Virus record (IMG/VR): IMGVR_UViG_3300035661_000047
Strand: one strand, 5' to 3'
Length of the DNA stretch: 13,709 bases
DNA from: a virus
Lineage: Duplodnaviria > Heunggongvirae > Uroviricota > Caudoviricetes
Position numbers and translations under genes: made by a program. Under the pieces are notes generated by a model. It was not told the origin of the DNA, searched no databases, and saw only the letters and a list, made by a program, of their open reading frames with translations. This document shows positions 1 through 6,780 of this stretch, one piece after another (positions within the stretch are counted from its first letter, which is position 1; every line of letters begins with the position of its first letter).

Positions 1-334
1 GAGCTTCGCTCCAGATGTGCTCAGGGCTACCTTCAGCTCGCCAGAAGTCAGATTCTACTTCAATGTTGGCGTCGAAGTCAACACCCTTGTCTTGCATTCC
101 AGGGTTTGCTTGCCCGAAGCGCACAGGACGTGCAGTAAGCTGCTCGACCATCTTTAGGAATGGGATTGCTCGGCTGCTTGCAGAGTTTCGGGACAACATT
201 CGGTGCGTGTTGAACTCTGCGAGGATCAGCCGTGGGTACTCGATTTCAAACGTCGTGAATCGAATGCCAGCCGAAGAAATGCTGTCGCAAATGACGGTAG
301 CTTTGATGCCGTACTGGCCTTCAGTCTTACTCAT
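1..334 (-). CDS. thyX: Flavin-dependent thymidylate synthase (ThyX/Thy1-like, phage type); 3' end runs off the left edge
   Basis: Manual translation from ATG at 334 (GGAG RBS, ATGA overlap with the upstream stop): MSKTEGQYGIKATVICDSISSAGIRFTTFEIEYPRLILAEFNTHRMLSRNSASSRAIP. THRMLSRNSASSR matches the ThyX RHRxxSxxxxSxR-type motif. Absent from the ORF track because no stop lies in the window. Confidence 0.85.
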   Translation of the reverse strand, partial: MSKTEGQYGIKATVICDSISSAGIRFTTFEIEYPRLILAEFNTHRMLSRNSASSRAIPFLKMVEQLTARPVRFGQANPGMQDKGVDFDANIEVESDFWRAEGSPEHIWSEA

Positions 335-528
335 TCTACTCCTTTTTTGAGTTTAGGGTACTTATTGTAGAACTCTGAAATTGTTGCAGAGTCTCTTGCT
401 TTGAAGCCGGACATTTCATACGCCTTGCTGTCTTTGAACTGTACCATGCGCTTCTCCGCCCTGTCAAGCGCATCGAGCTGGAAGACGTATGACTTGTATT
501 CCCACTGTGTTGCCAGGTCTTTAGCCAT
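331..528 (-). CDS. Hypothetical protein, 65 aa
   Basis: Overlaps both neighbours in an operon-like way (521..1018 upstream, thyX downstream). Confidence 0.7.
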   Translation of the reverse strand: MAKDLATQWEYKSYVFQLDALDRAEKRMVQFKDSKAYEMSGFKARDSATISEFYNKYPKLKKGVE

Positions 529-1018
529 TTCTTTCCTTACAGAATGTCAGTTTTCCGATAGGCTTGCAGGCCATGTGGCCTGCCCACCGAGGCTTCTTCC
601 CGCTATAGAAGAACTTGAAATTCTCATCGTTGAGAACTCGTTTATGGGTCAGTGCGGAGTATAGCAGCTCTTTTTGGTCTGTGTCGTATCTCTTGATGCC
701 ATGCTTCCTGTACAAAGAGAACTGACTTCTCTCTGAGACTACTTGGCAATATGTCTGCCCTGATTCTACAGCTCTATGCACGATTACGTCAACAACTGCG
801 CGTTGCGCCTTAGTGCTCTCGCCCCGTGCTTCGTGGTACACAGCGGATGCTAGGCACTTTTCATGACGCTCTGGAATTGCTTCTGCAAACGTCGGCATAT
901 AGAACACGCATGCAGCCACTATAGCAGATTTCACTGACAATGCAACAGCCCTGCGACAATAGCCGCGAAACTTGCTGCGGCTGCGAGAATTGTAAATAGA
1001 AATTCCTGCATTTTTCAT
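521..1018 (-). CDS. Cell wall hydrolase, SleB/Hydrolase_2 family, with N-terminal signal/anchor segment
   Basis: CLASAVYHEARGES (catalytic Glu motif) followed by AVVDVIVHR...CQVV...QFS. Start moved from 1159 to ATG 1018 to avoid overlap with 1026..1265. GTG at 934 (MKSAIVAACVFYMPTFAEA) is an alternative start. Confidence 0.85.
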   Translation of the reverse strand: MKNAGISIYNSRSRSKFRGYCRRAVALSVKSAIVAACVFYMPTFAEAIPERHEKCLASAVYHEARGESTKAQRAVVDVIVHRAVESGQTYCQVVSERSQFSLYRKHGIKRYDTDQKELLYSALTHKRVLNDENFKFFYSGKKPRWAGHMACKPIGKLTFCKERNG

Positions 1019-1025
1019 ACTTTCT

Positions 1026-1265
1026 TCACGTTCGCCAGCCATTGAAGTACATGTCATGCACCCTTTGCTTCGACTTGGCTGGAATTCTAGGGTACGGCAT
1101 CCAAGAGACAAAGTGCTTTTCGTCTCCGCGCTTCCATGTAACTTCGCAAAGTTTACCACCGATGCTGATGGCGAGCAAGTTGTTTCCTATCGGTGGCGGG
1201 TAGTCGATGATGTCCACCATTTCTGGAGCCTTTACAACAGGCCGCTTAAGTTCTTCGGTGTTCAC
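1026..1265 (-). CDS. Hypothetical protein, 79 aa
   Basis: GTG start with a well-spaced GGAGG RBS; directly upstream of the hydrolase. Confidence 0.75.
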   Translation of the reverse strand: MNTEELKRPVVKAPEMVDIIDYPPPIGNNLLAISIGGKLCEVTWKRGDEKHFVSWMPYPRIPAKSKQRVHDMYFNGWRT

Positions 1266-1277
1266 GAAACCTCCAAA

Positions 1278-1300
1278 TGAAAATGGGGCCTTTCGGCCCT
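1278..1300 (-). terminator. Probable intrinsic terminator
   Basis: On the minus strand: GGGCC-GAAA-GGCCC followed by CATTTTCATTT, just after the stop at 1306. Confidence 0.6.
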
Positions 1301-1305
1301 GTTTG

Positions 1306-1557
1306 TTAGTGGTGAGCAGCCTCTGTCGAGGCTTGTAGTTGGTTCTTTGCGAACTCTAGAAGGTCTGTCGCAATTTGAATAACGTCTTCATACGTAGCCT
1401 CAAACGGAACAGACACACTCATGGCACCGTATTTGAAAACCCGCCCTGGTGGCAGACTCTTGGCAGCGCGGGCTTCCCACTCTTCCGCCTGTGCCAGCAT
1501 GTTAGCGGGCGAACGGCCCAGAAGGGCGGAAACTTTCAACATGACAGAATCAGACAT
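1306..1557 (-). CDS. Hypothetical early-type protein, 83 aa (MSDSVMLKVS...)
   Basis: Sits between a promoter (1589-1616) and a terminator. The track start at 1590 overlaps the -10 box, so ATG 1557 is preferred. Confidence 0.7.
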   Translation of the reverse strand: MSDSVMLKVSALLGRSPANMLAQAEEWEARAAKSLPPGRVFKYGAMSVSVPFEATYEDVIQIATDLLEFAKNQLQASTEAAHH

Positions 1558-1588
1558 TTTGCGGCGCGGCTTGGTTTTGATGCTTCGC

Positions 1589-1616
1589 ATTGTGCCACGG
1601 GTAGCGAACTTGTCAA
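1589..1616 (-). promoter_or_regulatory. Sigma70-type promoter
   Basis: TTGACA-16 bp-CACAAT with a TGn extended -10. Confidence 0.7.
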
Positions 1617-1644
1617 CGCCACACAGACGGAATGGTAAAACCTG

Positions 1645-1742
1645 TTAAAACGGCCTAGGATCGTCTGCAATGCTTCGCCTATATGCTGGCCCTGCCCTGC
1701 TAGCGTATCGGCGCCTGTGGCGCGTTCTAGCGGCCTTCCTGC
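1645..1742 (+). repeat. Dispersed ~95-bp intergenic element, copy 1 of 3
   Basis: Starts TTAAAACG. 1711-1742 (GCGCCTGTGGCGCGTTCTAGCGGCCTTCCTGC) matches 6904-6934 apart from one indel. Confidence 0.8.
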
Positions 1743-1760
1743 GGATTAACGCCAAACACA

Positions 1761-1789
1761 AAAGCAAAAGCCCGCACTAGGCGGGCTTT
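1761..1789 (-). terminator. Intrinsic terminator, copy 1 of the GCCCGC-CTAGT-GCGGGC family
   Basis: On the minus strand AAAGCCCGC-CTAGT-GCGGGCTTTTGCTTT. The same stem-loop occurs at 6781 and 7750. Confidence 0.85.
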
Positions 1790-1801
1790 GTTTCTGGCGG
1801 G

Positions 1802-1933
1802 TTATACTGCTTCCCGTTTGGTGTTCGTTCGTTCCCACATGCGGCGCTTTTGCAAGCGTGCGCGCTGCTCTTCGCTCTTCTGTTCCTGCTGGCGGGTCTT
1901 GATGGTCTTTGCGTAATGTGCGTTATTTTGCAT
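1802..1933 (-). CDS. Small charged protein, 43 aa (MQNNAHYAKTIKTRQQEQKSEEQRARLQKRRMWERTNTKREAV)
   Basis: Manual translation; AAGGA RBS; ends just before the terminator; below the track length cut-off. Confidence 0.6.
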   Translation of the reverse strand: MQNNAHYAKTIKTRQQEQKSEEQRARLQKRRMWERTNTKREAV

Positions 1934-1962
1934 TTTGGTATTCCTTTGTCGCGGGGTCTTTA

Positions 1963-2094
1963 TCACTCTTCAGTTTTCGGCGTGTTTTCTTTCACCCAGC
2001 CCACGCAGTTTACACGGCGCAGGCTTCGGAATTGCACAATTCCTGCGCTGCTGCGGACTTCCCAAAATGCGCCGTTCTTTTTCACAGTGTACAC
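1963..2094 (-). CDS. Small protein, 43 aa (MYTVKKNGAFWEVRSSAGIVQFRSLRRVNCVGWVKENTPKTEE)
   Basis: GTG start, protein-like composition, fills the gap between neighbours. No clear RBS, and it overlaps a possible promoter. Confidence 0.5.
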   Translation of the reverse strand: MYTVKKNGAFWEVRSSAGIVQFRSLRRVNCVGWVKENTPKTEE

Positions 2095-2114
2095 GATTTA
2101 TTTCGAGTCGTCAA
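2086..2114 (-). promoter_or_regulatory. Possible sigma70 promoter
   Basis: TTGACG-17 bp-TACACT. Conflicts with the GTG start at 2094 unless it serves only 1802..1933. Confidence 0.45.
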
Positions 2115-2120
2115 GTATGG

Positions 2121-2519
2121 TTATTCGATTTCGCTTGCAAGTTCTGCCTCAATCACTCGCCTGTAATTGTCGCCATAAGGCGAGCCGGACGGGCCGAAAT
2201 CAATCCCGCCTAGGCTTGAAACGTGTTCTCCTTCATCATTATACATCGTGCAAAACCATGTTGAATGATCCATATCATCAGACCAGTCTGCGGCCGTCAC
2301 ATCAGGGTCAATCTGCCATTCAAACGAATAACCTCCTTGCCGGGATTTTTCTTCAGCCTGTGCCAGTTGCACGGCGCAGCGTGCGCGGCTTGAAATGTAG
2401 TGGTGTGCATTCGGGTCAGCCATGCGGTATTCTTTAAGCATTGCGCGGGTTTCCTTGTACGTCGTGAACTCGTCCACAGTTCCCAGATTGCGACCTTCGC
2501 GTCGTTGAATGTAGACCAT
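2121..2519 (-). CDS. Hypothetical protein, 132 aa, possibly an in-frame fusion of two phage genes
   Basis: Directly downstream of a consensus promoter. The two halves differ in composition (basic N-half, acidic/aromatic C-half). Confidence 0.75.
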   Translation of the reverse strand: MVYIQRREGRNLGTVDEFTTYKETRAMLKEYRMADPNAHHYISSRARCAVQLAQAEEKSRQGGYSFEWQIDPDVTAADWSDDMDHSTWFCTMYNDEGEHVSSLGGIDFGPSGSPYGDNYRRVIEAELASEIE

Positions 2520-2552
2520 GATTTGCTTTCGTTGCGTTGTTTGATGCTTTGC

Positions 2553-2581
2553 ATTCTAGGGCCTGATTTTTAGCTTGTCAA
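2553..2581 (-). promoter_or_regulatory. Strong sigma70 promoter
   Basis: TTGACA-17 bp-TAGAAT. Confidence 0.85.
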
Positions 2582-2609
2582 GCCCCTTTTGTTTGTGTGG
2601 TTACTTCGT

Positions 2610-2723
2610 CTAGTTCAAACGCTGGCGCATTTCAACCCGCACATGCTCGCCAATGTCTGCCCATGCTTGCGCCATTTTCAGGGCCTGCGCGGCTTGTTCT
2701 GGCGCCTTTACTGGGTTTGTGAT
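2610..2723 (-). pseudogene. 37-aa ORF beginning with ATC (ITNPVKAPEQAAQALKMAQAWADIGEHVRVEMRQRLN); start-codon lesion or non-canonical start
   Basis: The only open frame downstream of the promoter at 2735-2763. It is preceded by AGGCAC, as is the recombinase start. An internal ATG gives 21 aa. Confidence 0.4.
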
Positions 2724-2734
2724 TCAGTGCCTGT

Positions 2735-2795
2735 ATTTTGAGGCTTTCAGAAAACCCTGTCAAGGGCTTTTGAAAGACCCTTTCGGGTCTGTGGA
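2735..2795 (-). repeat. Terminator+promoter cassette, left copy (inverted partner at 7252-7313)
   Basis: On the minus strand AGACCC-GAAA-GGGTCT-TTC, then TTGACA-17-CAAAAT. 58 of 62 aligned positions are identical to the right copy by manual alignment. Confidence 0.9.
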
Positions 2796-2912
2796 CTTAG
2801 GCGATATATCGCCCGACAATCACAGATTCTGTGGAATTGTCCACAAACTTGACCAGCACGCCAGAAAAGAAAGAATCGGACGAATAGCCGTGCCAGTCTT
2901 TCAGCTAGCCCG

Positions 2913-3383
2913 TCAATTCACTTGGCGAAACTTAGTGTCCGAGTAGCTAACGCTCTTGAGGAACTTCCCCTTTGGCGCGTCTGGTTGATCGCACGAACTC
3001 TTCAGCACCATCGTCGGGAACTGGCCCTCTGTGTACGTCTCAGTCACGCCGCGAAGCCAGTGGAATGCCCGAGTCTTTTCAAGGTCTTCTTGACTCTTGA
3101 TGAATCGTGTCATAACGCCGTCAACTACGTCTTGCATGTCCCCGTCCCCGTCAACTCCCATGAAGTGTTGAGCGCCCATAGCAAATACTTGGATGTCGCA
3201 AAGCGCATCGCGGACCTTGATAGGGCTCTCATCTCCGAGAGCTTCCAGAAGCTCATTGTATTCGTCAAGGATATTCTTGCACTGCGACTTAAGGCGCTGC
3301 CAGTCGATATTGGCATAGTTCCCGCGCTTGTTGCCGAATGCCGTATTCATGTCTGCAACGGCTTGAAATGAGGTCTTTGACAT
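2913..3383 (-). CDS. MazG-like / PRA-PH-type all-alpha nucleoside triphosphate pyrophosphohydrolase
   Basis: Acidic helical motifs ILDEYNELLEA and VRDALCDIQVFAMG, V..MN..FG near the N-terminus, GKFLK near the C-terminus; GAAAGGA RBS. Confidence 0.82.
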   Translation of the reverse strand: MSKTSFQAVADMNTAFGNKRGNYANIDWQRLKSQCKNILDEYNELLEALGDESPIKVRDALCDIQVFAMGAQHFMGVDGDGDMQDVVDGVMTRFIKSQEDLEKTRAFHWLRGVTETYTEGQFPTMVLKSSCDQPDAPKGKFLKSVSYSDTKFRQVN

Positions 3384-3443
3384 CTGTATCCTTTCTTCAG
3401 GGTTGTTGTGCAGGGCCGTAGGTGCCCAAGACTTTAGCGTGCA

Positions 3444-3472
3444 AGTTTACACTAAGCACGCTTGTTGTGCAA
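3444..3472 (-). promoter_or_regulatory. Probable sigma70 promoter for the MazG-like gene
   Basis: TTGCAC-17 bp-TAAACT. The -10 lies inside the AGCGTGC/GCACGCT inverted repeat (3436-3462). Confidence 0.55.
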
Positions 3473-3486
3473 CAGCCAAATGGCTG

Positions 3487-3706
3487 CAAAAGTGGGAAAT
3501 TATCTTGGAAATTTTCTGAAATCTGGCAAATGTTGCTAGAAATCTTTTAGGTGTATGCCGTACTTCGCCAGTGCGAAATACAGGATTTCAGCTTGAAAAT
3601 CTCCCGGCTTACCGCAAAATATACAGTACCAAAAGCCCAGACGCTATCCAGCAATCCTGGCTCAGCTTTCAGATTACTCTCAAAAGTGGGAAATCACTTT
3701 GGAAAT
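3487..3706. repeat. 26-bp imperfect direct repeat pair plus phased GAAAT motifs
   Basis: CAAAAGTGGGAAAT-N4-TTGGAAAT at 3487-3512 and 3681-3706 (conserved 14-bp and 8-bp blocks around a variable 4-bp spacer). (G/C)AAAT at 3496, 3508, 3518, 3527 and 3539. Confidence 0.75.
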
Positions 3707-3728
3707 CTTCCGGTCTACGGCAAGAATG

Positions 3729-3881
3729 TCAGATTTCATTTCCAGCCATGTACATGCCTAACTCGTCAGTACAGTCTGCACCGTCAATTGGAACAGTCAA
3801 CATCCAGCTAGCTATGAAGCTTAGCTTGAACGTTTTCGCTGCGATGTCTGGACATCCATTCACAATACGTTGCAAATCCAT
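3729..3881 (-). CDS. Hypothetical protein, 50 aa (MDLQRIVNGCPDIAAKTFKLSFIASW...)
   Basis: Manual translation; AAAGGAAG RBS; follows the frameshifted gene at 3892..4150. Confidence 0.6.
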   Translation of the reverse strand: MDLQRIVNGCPDIAAKTFKLSFIASWMLTVPIDGADCTDELGMYMAGNEI

Positions 3882-3891
3882 GATCTTCCTT

Positions 3892-4150
3892 TCAAATGTT
3901 TGGAACAACAGGCATCTTCATGCCAGCGGCTATCGCTGCCCTGGACTGAGCGATGTCGTCTTGATGATAGGATTGTGCGGCATCTCTGGCATCTGTGTCA
4001 AGAGATTTTTGAAGCTTCTTGCATTGTGCCAGCAGCTCAACGGACTGCTTCCATAGGGCAACGATCACCTCGTCCTTGATGTCCCCCAGACTTGTTCTTG
4101 ATGCGAGCTTCAGCTTGCTTGAACACTTCGTAGCTTGACGTACCGCTCAC
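3892..4150 (-). pseudogene. Frameshifted hypothetical gene (~85 aa if restored)
   Basis: AGGAG RBS + GTG. Span is 259 nt (3n+1). Removing one G from the G5 run at 4083-4087 joins MSGTSSYEVFKQAEARIKNKSG to DIKDEVIVALWKQSVELLAQCKKLQ...VVPNI. Confidence 0.65.
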
Positions 4151-4182
4151 TTGAACTCCTGTTCCTCGGTTGTGGAGCCTCA

Positions 4183-4212
4183 ATTCTAGCACTGCCGATT
4201 GAGCAAACTCAA
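4183..4212 (-). promoter_or_regulatory. Leftward sigma70-type promoter
   Basis: TTGAGT-18 bp-TAGAAT with a TGn extension. Confidence 0.5.
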
Positions 4213-4403
4213 CACCCCATATAGGTGTGTCATAAAAACGACACTACTGTTGACAATGTTTTAGGATTGTGCTATTTTATATATAATGTATTGTTTAAGC
4301 ATTGTCTAAGTTGTATAACTTAGTAGAATACGGACTACCTGACGGTAGTCTTACAAGTATTAGTTATAAGGCTCTTACAGAGCTAGTAATAGTCTAAGAC
4401 TAT
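4212..4403. other. AT-rich non-coding segment with tandem short palindromes (candidate replication origin)
   Basis: Dyads at 4212-4228, 4227-4244, 4306-4323, 4333-4350, 4371-4383 and 4389-4403; TATATATAAT tract; lies at the strand-switch point. Confidence 0.5.
4250..4278 (+). promoter_or_regulatory. Possible rightward promoter
   Basis: TTGACA-17 bp-TATTTT with a TGn extension. Confidence 0.45.
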
Positions 4404-4451
4404 GGCATGTACATGCCGGATTGATTGTGCAAATGTTGGCGCCTAGGGCGC

Positions 4452-4480
4452 TTGACAGGTTGTGGCATGTGTATTAGACT
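4452..4480 (+). promoter_or_regulatory. Sigma70 promoter for HNH-ligase
   Basis: TTGACA-17 bp-TAGACT. The -35 overlaps the GGCGCCTAGGGCGCTT motif at 4438-4453. Confidence 0.7.
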
Positions 4481-4499
4481 TACTCCATTACGTTTAGGC

Positions 4500-5030
4500 A
4501 TGGAGGAAATTATAGACGATTCGTTAAGAGTGGCAAACAATGCCCACTCGTCACTAGACTTGCAAGAGTTGTTCTCGTATGATGTTGTTTCTGGGGTGCT
4601 TACATGGAAAGTTTCAAAGGGCAGGGCAAAACCCGGAGACGTTGCAGGAACACAGCACAACAAAGGCTACCTGTCAGCGGAGGTCGATGGTACTGCATAC
4701 CTCGTACACAGGCTGGCGTGGTGCATGTACTTTGGCGAGTGGCCTAACGGGTTCATAGATCATGTAAACCTTGACAAACAGGACAACAGGATTGAAAATC
4801 TCCGTATTGCATACAGATCATCAAACAACTGCAATCAATTCGTGCGAGCCGATAACACATCAGGTGTGAAAGGTGTGTCGTGGCACGCAAGGGTAGGAAA
4901 GTGGCAAGCCCGTGTGCAGGTCAGATCAAAAAGAACTCACATCGGGTACTTCGACAGTCTTGAACAGGCTGAACAGGCAGCAATAGCTGTAAGATCAACA
5001 CAACATAAGGAGTTCGCTAATCATGGCTAA
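4500..5030 (+). CDS. HNH homing endonuclease with C-terminal AP2 DNA-binding domain
   Basis: VHRLAWCMYFGEWP..IDHVNLDKQDNRIENL (HNH) and NTSGVKGVSW...KWQARV...HIGYFDSLEQAEQA (AP2). Start moved to ATG 4500, downstream of the promoter. Confidence 0.92.
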   Translation: MEEIIDDSLRVANNAHSSLDLQELFSYDVVSGVLTWKVSKGRAKPGDVAGTQHNKGYLSAEVDGTAYLVHRLAWCMYFGEWPNGFIDHVNLDKQDNRIENLRIAYRSSNNCNQFVRADNTSGVKGVSWHARVGKWQARVQVRSKRTHIGYFDSLEQAEQAAIAVRSTQHKEFANHG

Positions 5031-5994
5031 AGACAACAAAATTCGCCCTCAGTTGGCTTGCGATTTCGATCAAGACAAGCTTCGGTTTCCTGTCATTGTC
5101 TCTGCAAAGATTGACGGCGTTCGTGGCATCAACCTAGACGGCAACCTGACTGGGCGCTCACTGAAGGCTTTCAAAAACAGCTTTGTCACTCGGCGATTTT
5201 CTGGGCCGCAGTTCAAAGGCTTCGATGGAGAGCTGGCGCTTGGTAACTGGACCTCGGATACTCTGTGCAGCGACACAACTGGCTTTGTGAACCGGAAGTC
5301 CCCGAAACCCGGTAAGCCGACCGAGAGCGAGCAACTTGTCTGGTACGTTTTCGACTACTTGGCAGATGATGTGATTGATCTGCCCTACGCAGAGCGTATT
5401 GCAGCGGCAGAAGTCAAGATCGGCCGTATGCAAGAGTTCCCTGGACTGATTGCGACTGTGCCTTACAAACTGGTCAATTCGGTTGAAGAGCTTTTGGCCT
5501 TCGAGCAATTGTGCCTTGATGACGGCTTTGAGGGTGTAATCATCCGCGACCCTAATGGCATGCACAAATCTGGGCGTGCCACTGTGAAGGGCGGGAGCTA
5601 CCTGCGAATCAAGCGGTTCATCGACTTTGAGGGTATTGTCGTGAACATCACGGAAGCGATGGAAAACACGAACGAGGCCAAGACGAATGAACTCGGGCGA
5701 ACGGAGCGCGGCACGCACCAAGAGAACATGGTGCCGAAGGGCATGGTCGGAATGGTGCAGTTCAAGGCCCTGCAAAACGTGGAACTTGACGGCAAGATTT
5801 TGATCGAGAAGGATCAAATCGTGGATGTCGGTCCCGGCTCTATGCTGCACGAAGATCGCGTGGAGTTCTTCGAGCAACAAGATTTGCTCATCGGAAAAAT
5901 TGGAAAGGCGAAGTTCTTCCCAAAAGGCATCAAAGACAAGCCGCGCTTCCCGACGTTCTTGTGCATCCGTGCTGAAGAGGATATGTCCGAGTAA
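5023..5994 (+). CDS. lig: ATP-dependent DNA ligase (compact phage type)
   Basis: Motif I KIDGVR, FDGEL, VFDY, EGVIIR, RIKRF, C-terminal OB-fold end KPRFPTF; AAGGAG RBS. Confidence 0.95.
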   Translation: MAKDNKIRPQLACDFDQDKLRFPVIVSAKIDGVRGINLDGNLTGRSLKAFKNSFVTRRFSGPQFKGFDGELALGNWTSDTLCSDTTGFVNRKSPKPGKPTESEQLVWYVFDYLADDVIDLPYAERIAAAEVKIGRMQEFPGLIATVPYKLVNSVEELLAFEQLCLDDGFEGVIIRDPNGMHKSGRATVKGGSYLRIKRFIDFEGIVVNITEAMENTNEAKTNELGRTERGTHQENMVPKGMVGMVQFKALQNVELDGKILIEKDQIVDVGPGSMLHEDRVEFFEQQDLLIGKIGKAKFFPKGIKDKPRFPTFLCIRAEEDMSE

Positions 5995-5996
5995 AT

Positions 5997-6173
5997 CTGT
6001 CAACTACTCACAGAACTCTTGACAGGGCCGCAAAGCGTGGCGCGGCTGACCTGTGGAACGCTGACGGCAGCAAAGCGGCCGGCGAAGTTGTCAACATCAA
6101 AGCCGCACTAACTGAAGAACTGAAATCCGCAGACGAAAACCTGCAAGCAATCCGCGCACTGCACAAATCGTAA
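5997..6173 (+). pseudogene. Start-less gene remnant (...TLDRAAKRGAADLWNADGSKAAGEVVNIKAALTEELKSADENLQAIRALHKS)
   Basis: Frame open from 5976 to TAA at 6171-6173 with protein-like composition but no ATG/GTG start. Confidence 0.35.
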
Positions 6174-6204
6174 ACACAGCAAAGCCCATATAGTTTGTAG
6201 GGGC

Positions 6205-6234
6205 TTGCATTGTGGCTAGAAACCCGCCTATAAT
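6205..6234 (+). promoter_or_regulatory. Sigma70 promoter
   Basis: TTGCAT-18 bp-TATAAT. Confidence 0.7.
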
Positions 6235-6266
6235 CTAGCCACACTGAAACAAACAGCCCAGAAAAA

Positions 6267-6455
6267 ATGACTGTATCCCAAATCATCGAAAAGATCAAAG
6301 CCCTTGAAATTCTCAAGGATGCGAAAACAGCCGCAGAAACGCACGACTTCGCAGGGCTTGCCTATATCATCAACATGGCATGCGGAATGCGTGGAACTGA
6401 CCATGTTAAATTCGTCATGGTGTTAGATGTTGCGCATGGTCTAAAAACCGCTTGA
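6267..6455 (+). CDS. Hypothetical early-type protein, 62 aa
   Basis: Follows a promoter and an A/C-rich leader. Its TGA is part of the next TTGACA. Confidence 0.7.
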   Translation: MTVSQIIEKIKALEILKDAKTAAETHDFAGLAYIINMACGMRGTDHVKFVMVLDVAHGLKTA

Positions 6456-6479
6456 CAACGCGAACAGATGGCCTACAAT
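6452..6479 (+). promoter_or_regulatory. Sigma70 promoter
   Basis: TTGACA-16 bp-TACAAT. The -10 is flanked by ATGGCC/GGCCAT. Confidence 0.7.
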
Positions 6480-6542
6480 GGGCCATCCCACTTGCAAGGC
6501 GCCGTGCAATATTCAATGCCCCGAAGTAACTGAAAGTCAAAA

Positions 6543-6778
6543 ATGCGCAAAATCACAATTGTCGAAACTTTCGGTCATGTCCGACACGACACACACAGGC
6601 GCAAGCTGAAAGACACCTTGACAGGTTATATGGTGATACTCTTACAGAAATCGTTCGTCAAATAAGAATGACGAATTTTACACTTTCTTGCGAGTGGCTC
6701 GACCAGAACACGGCAAAGCTTGAAAGGTTATTGCAAATCAAGCATGACATGACGTTAGAGACTGAAAACGAAGATTAA
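6543..6778 (+). pseudogene. Frameshifted hypothetical gene (~77 aa if restored)
   Basis: Span is 236 nt (3n+2). A shift in the (AC)4 run at 6589-6596 joins MRKITIVETFGHVRHDT to QAQAERHLDRLYGDTLTEIVRQ...ETENED, which ends just before the terminator. Confidence 0.55.
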
Positions 6779-6780
6779 AT

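Noticed and set aside
15-1280. Plus-strand track ORFs 15..350, 401..664 and 1056..1280
   Set aside because: Antisense shadows of thyX, the hydrolase and hypothetical genes, with no RBS or motifs.
2078-2086. DnaA box (TTTTTCACA)
   Set aside because: A single relaxed match inside an ORF/promoter with no cluster near the candidate origin.
1375-2946. Plus-strand ORFs 1375..1638, 1850..2437, 1909..2166, 1935..2213 and 2653..2946
   Set aside because: They run antisense across leftward promoter/ORF/terminator modules.
3551-4079. Plus-strand ORFs 3551..3811, 3571..4056 and 3870..4079
   Set aside because: The minus-strand frames have strong RBS and operon spacing; these plus frames have no promoter or RBS support.
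6019-6047. TTGACA after the ligase as a promoter
   Set aside because: No acceptable -10 at 16-18 bp (GCGGCT).
5070-6316. Minus-strand ORFs including 5158..6003 (281 aa)
   Set aside because: Antisense shadow of the DNA ligase and the rightward arm.
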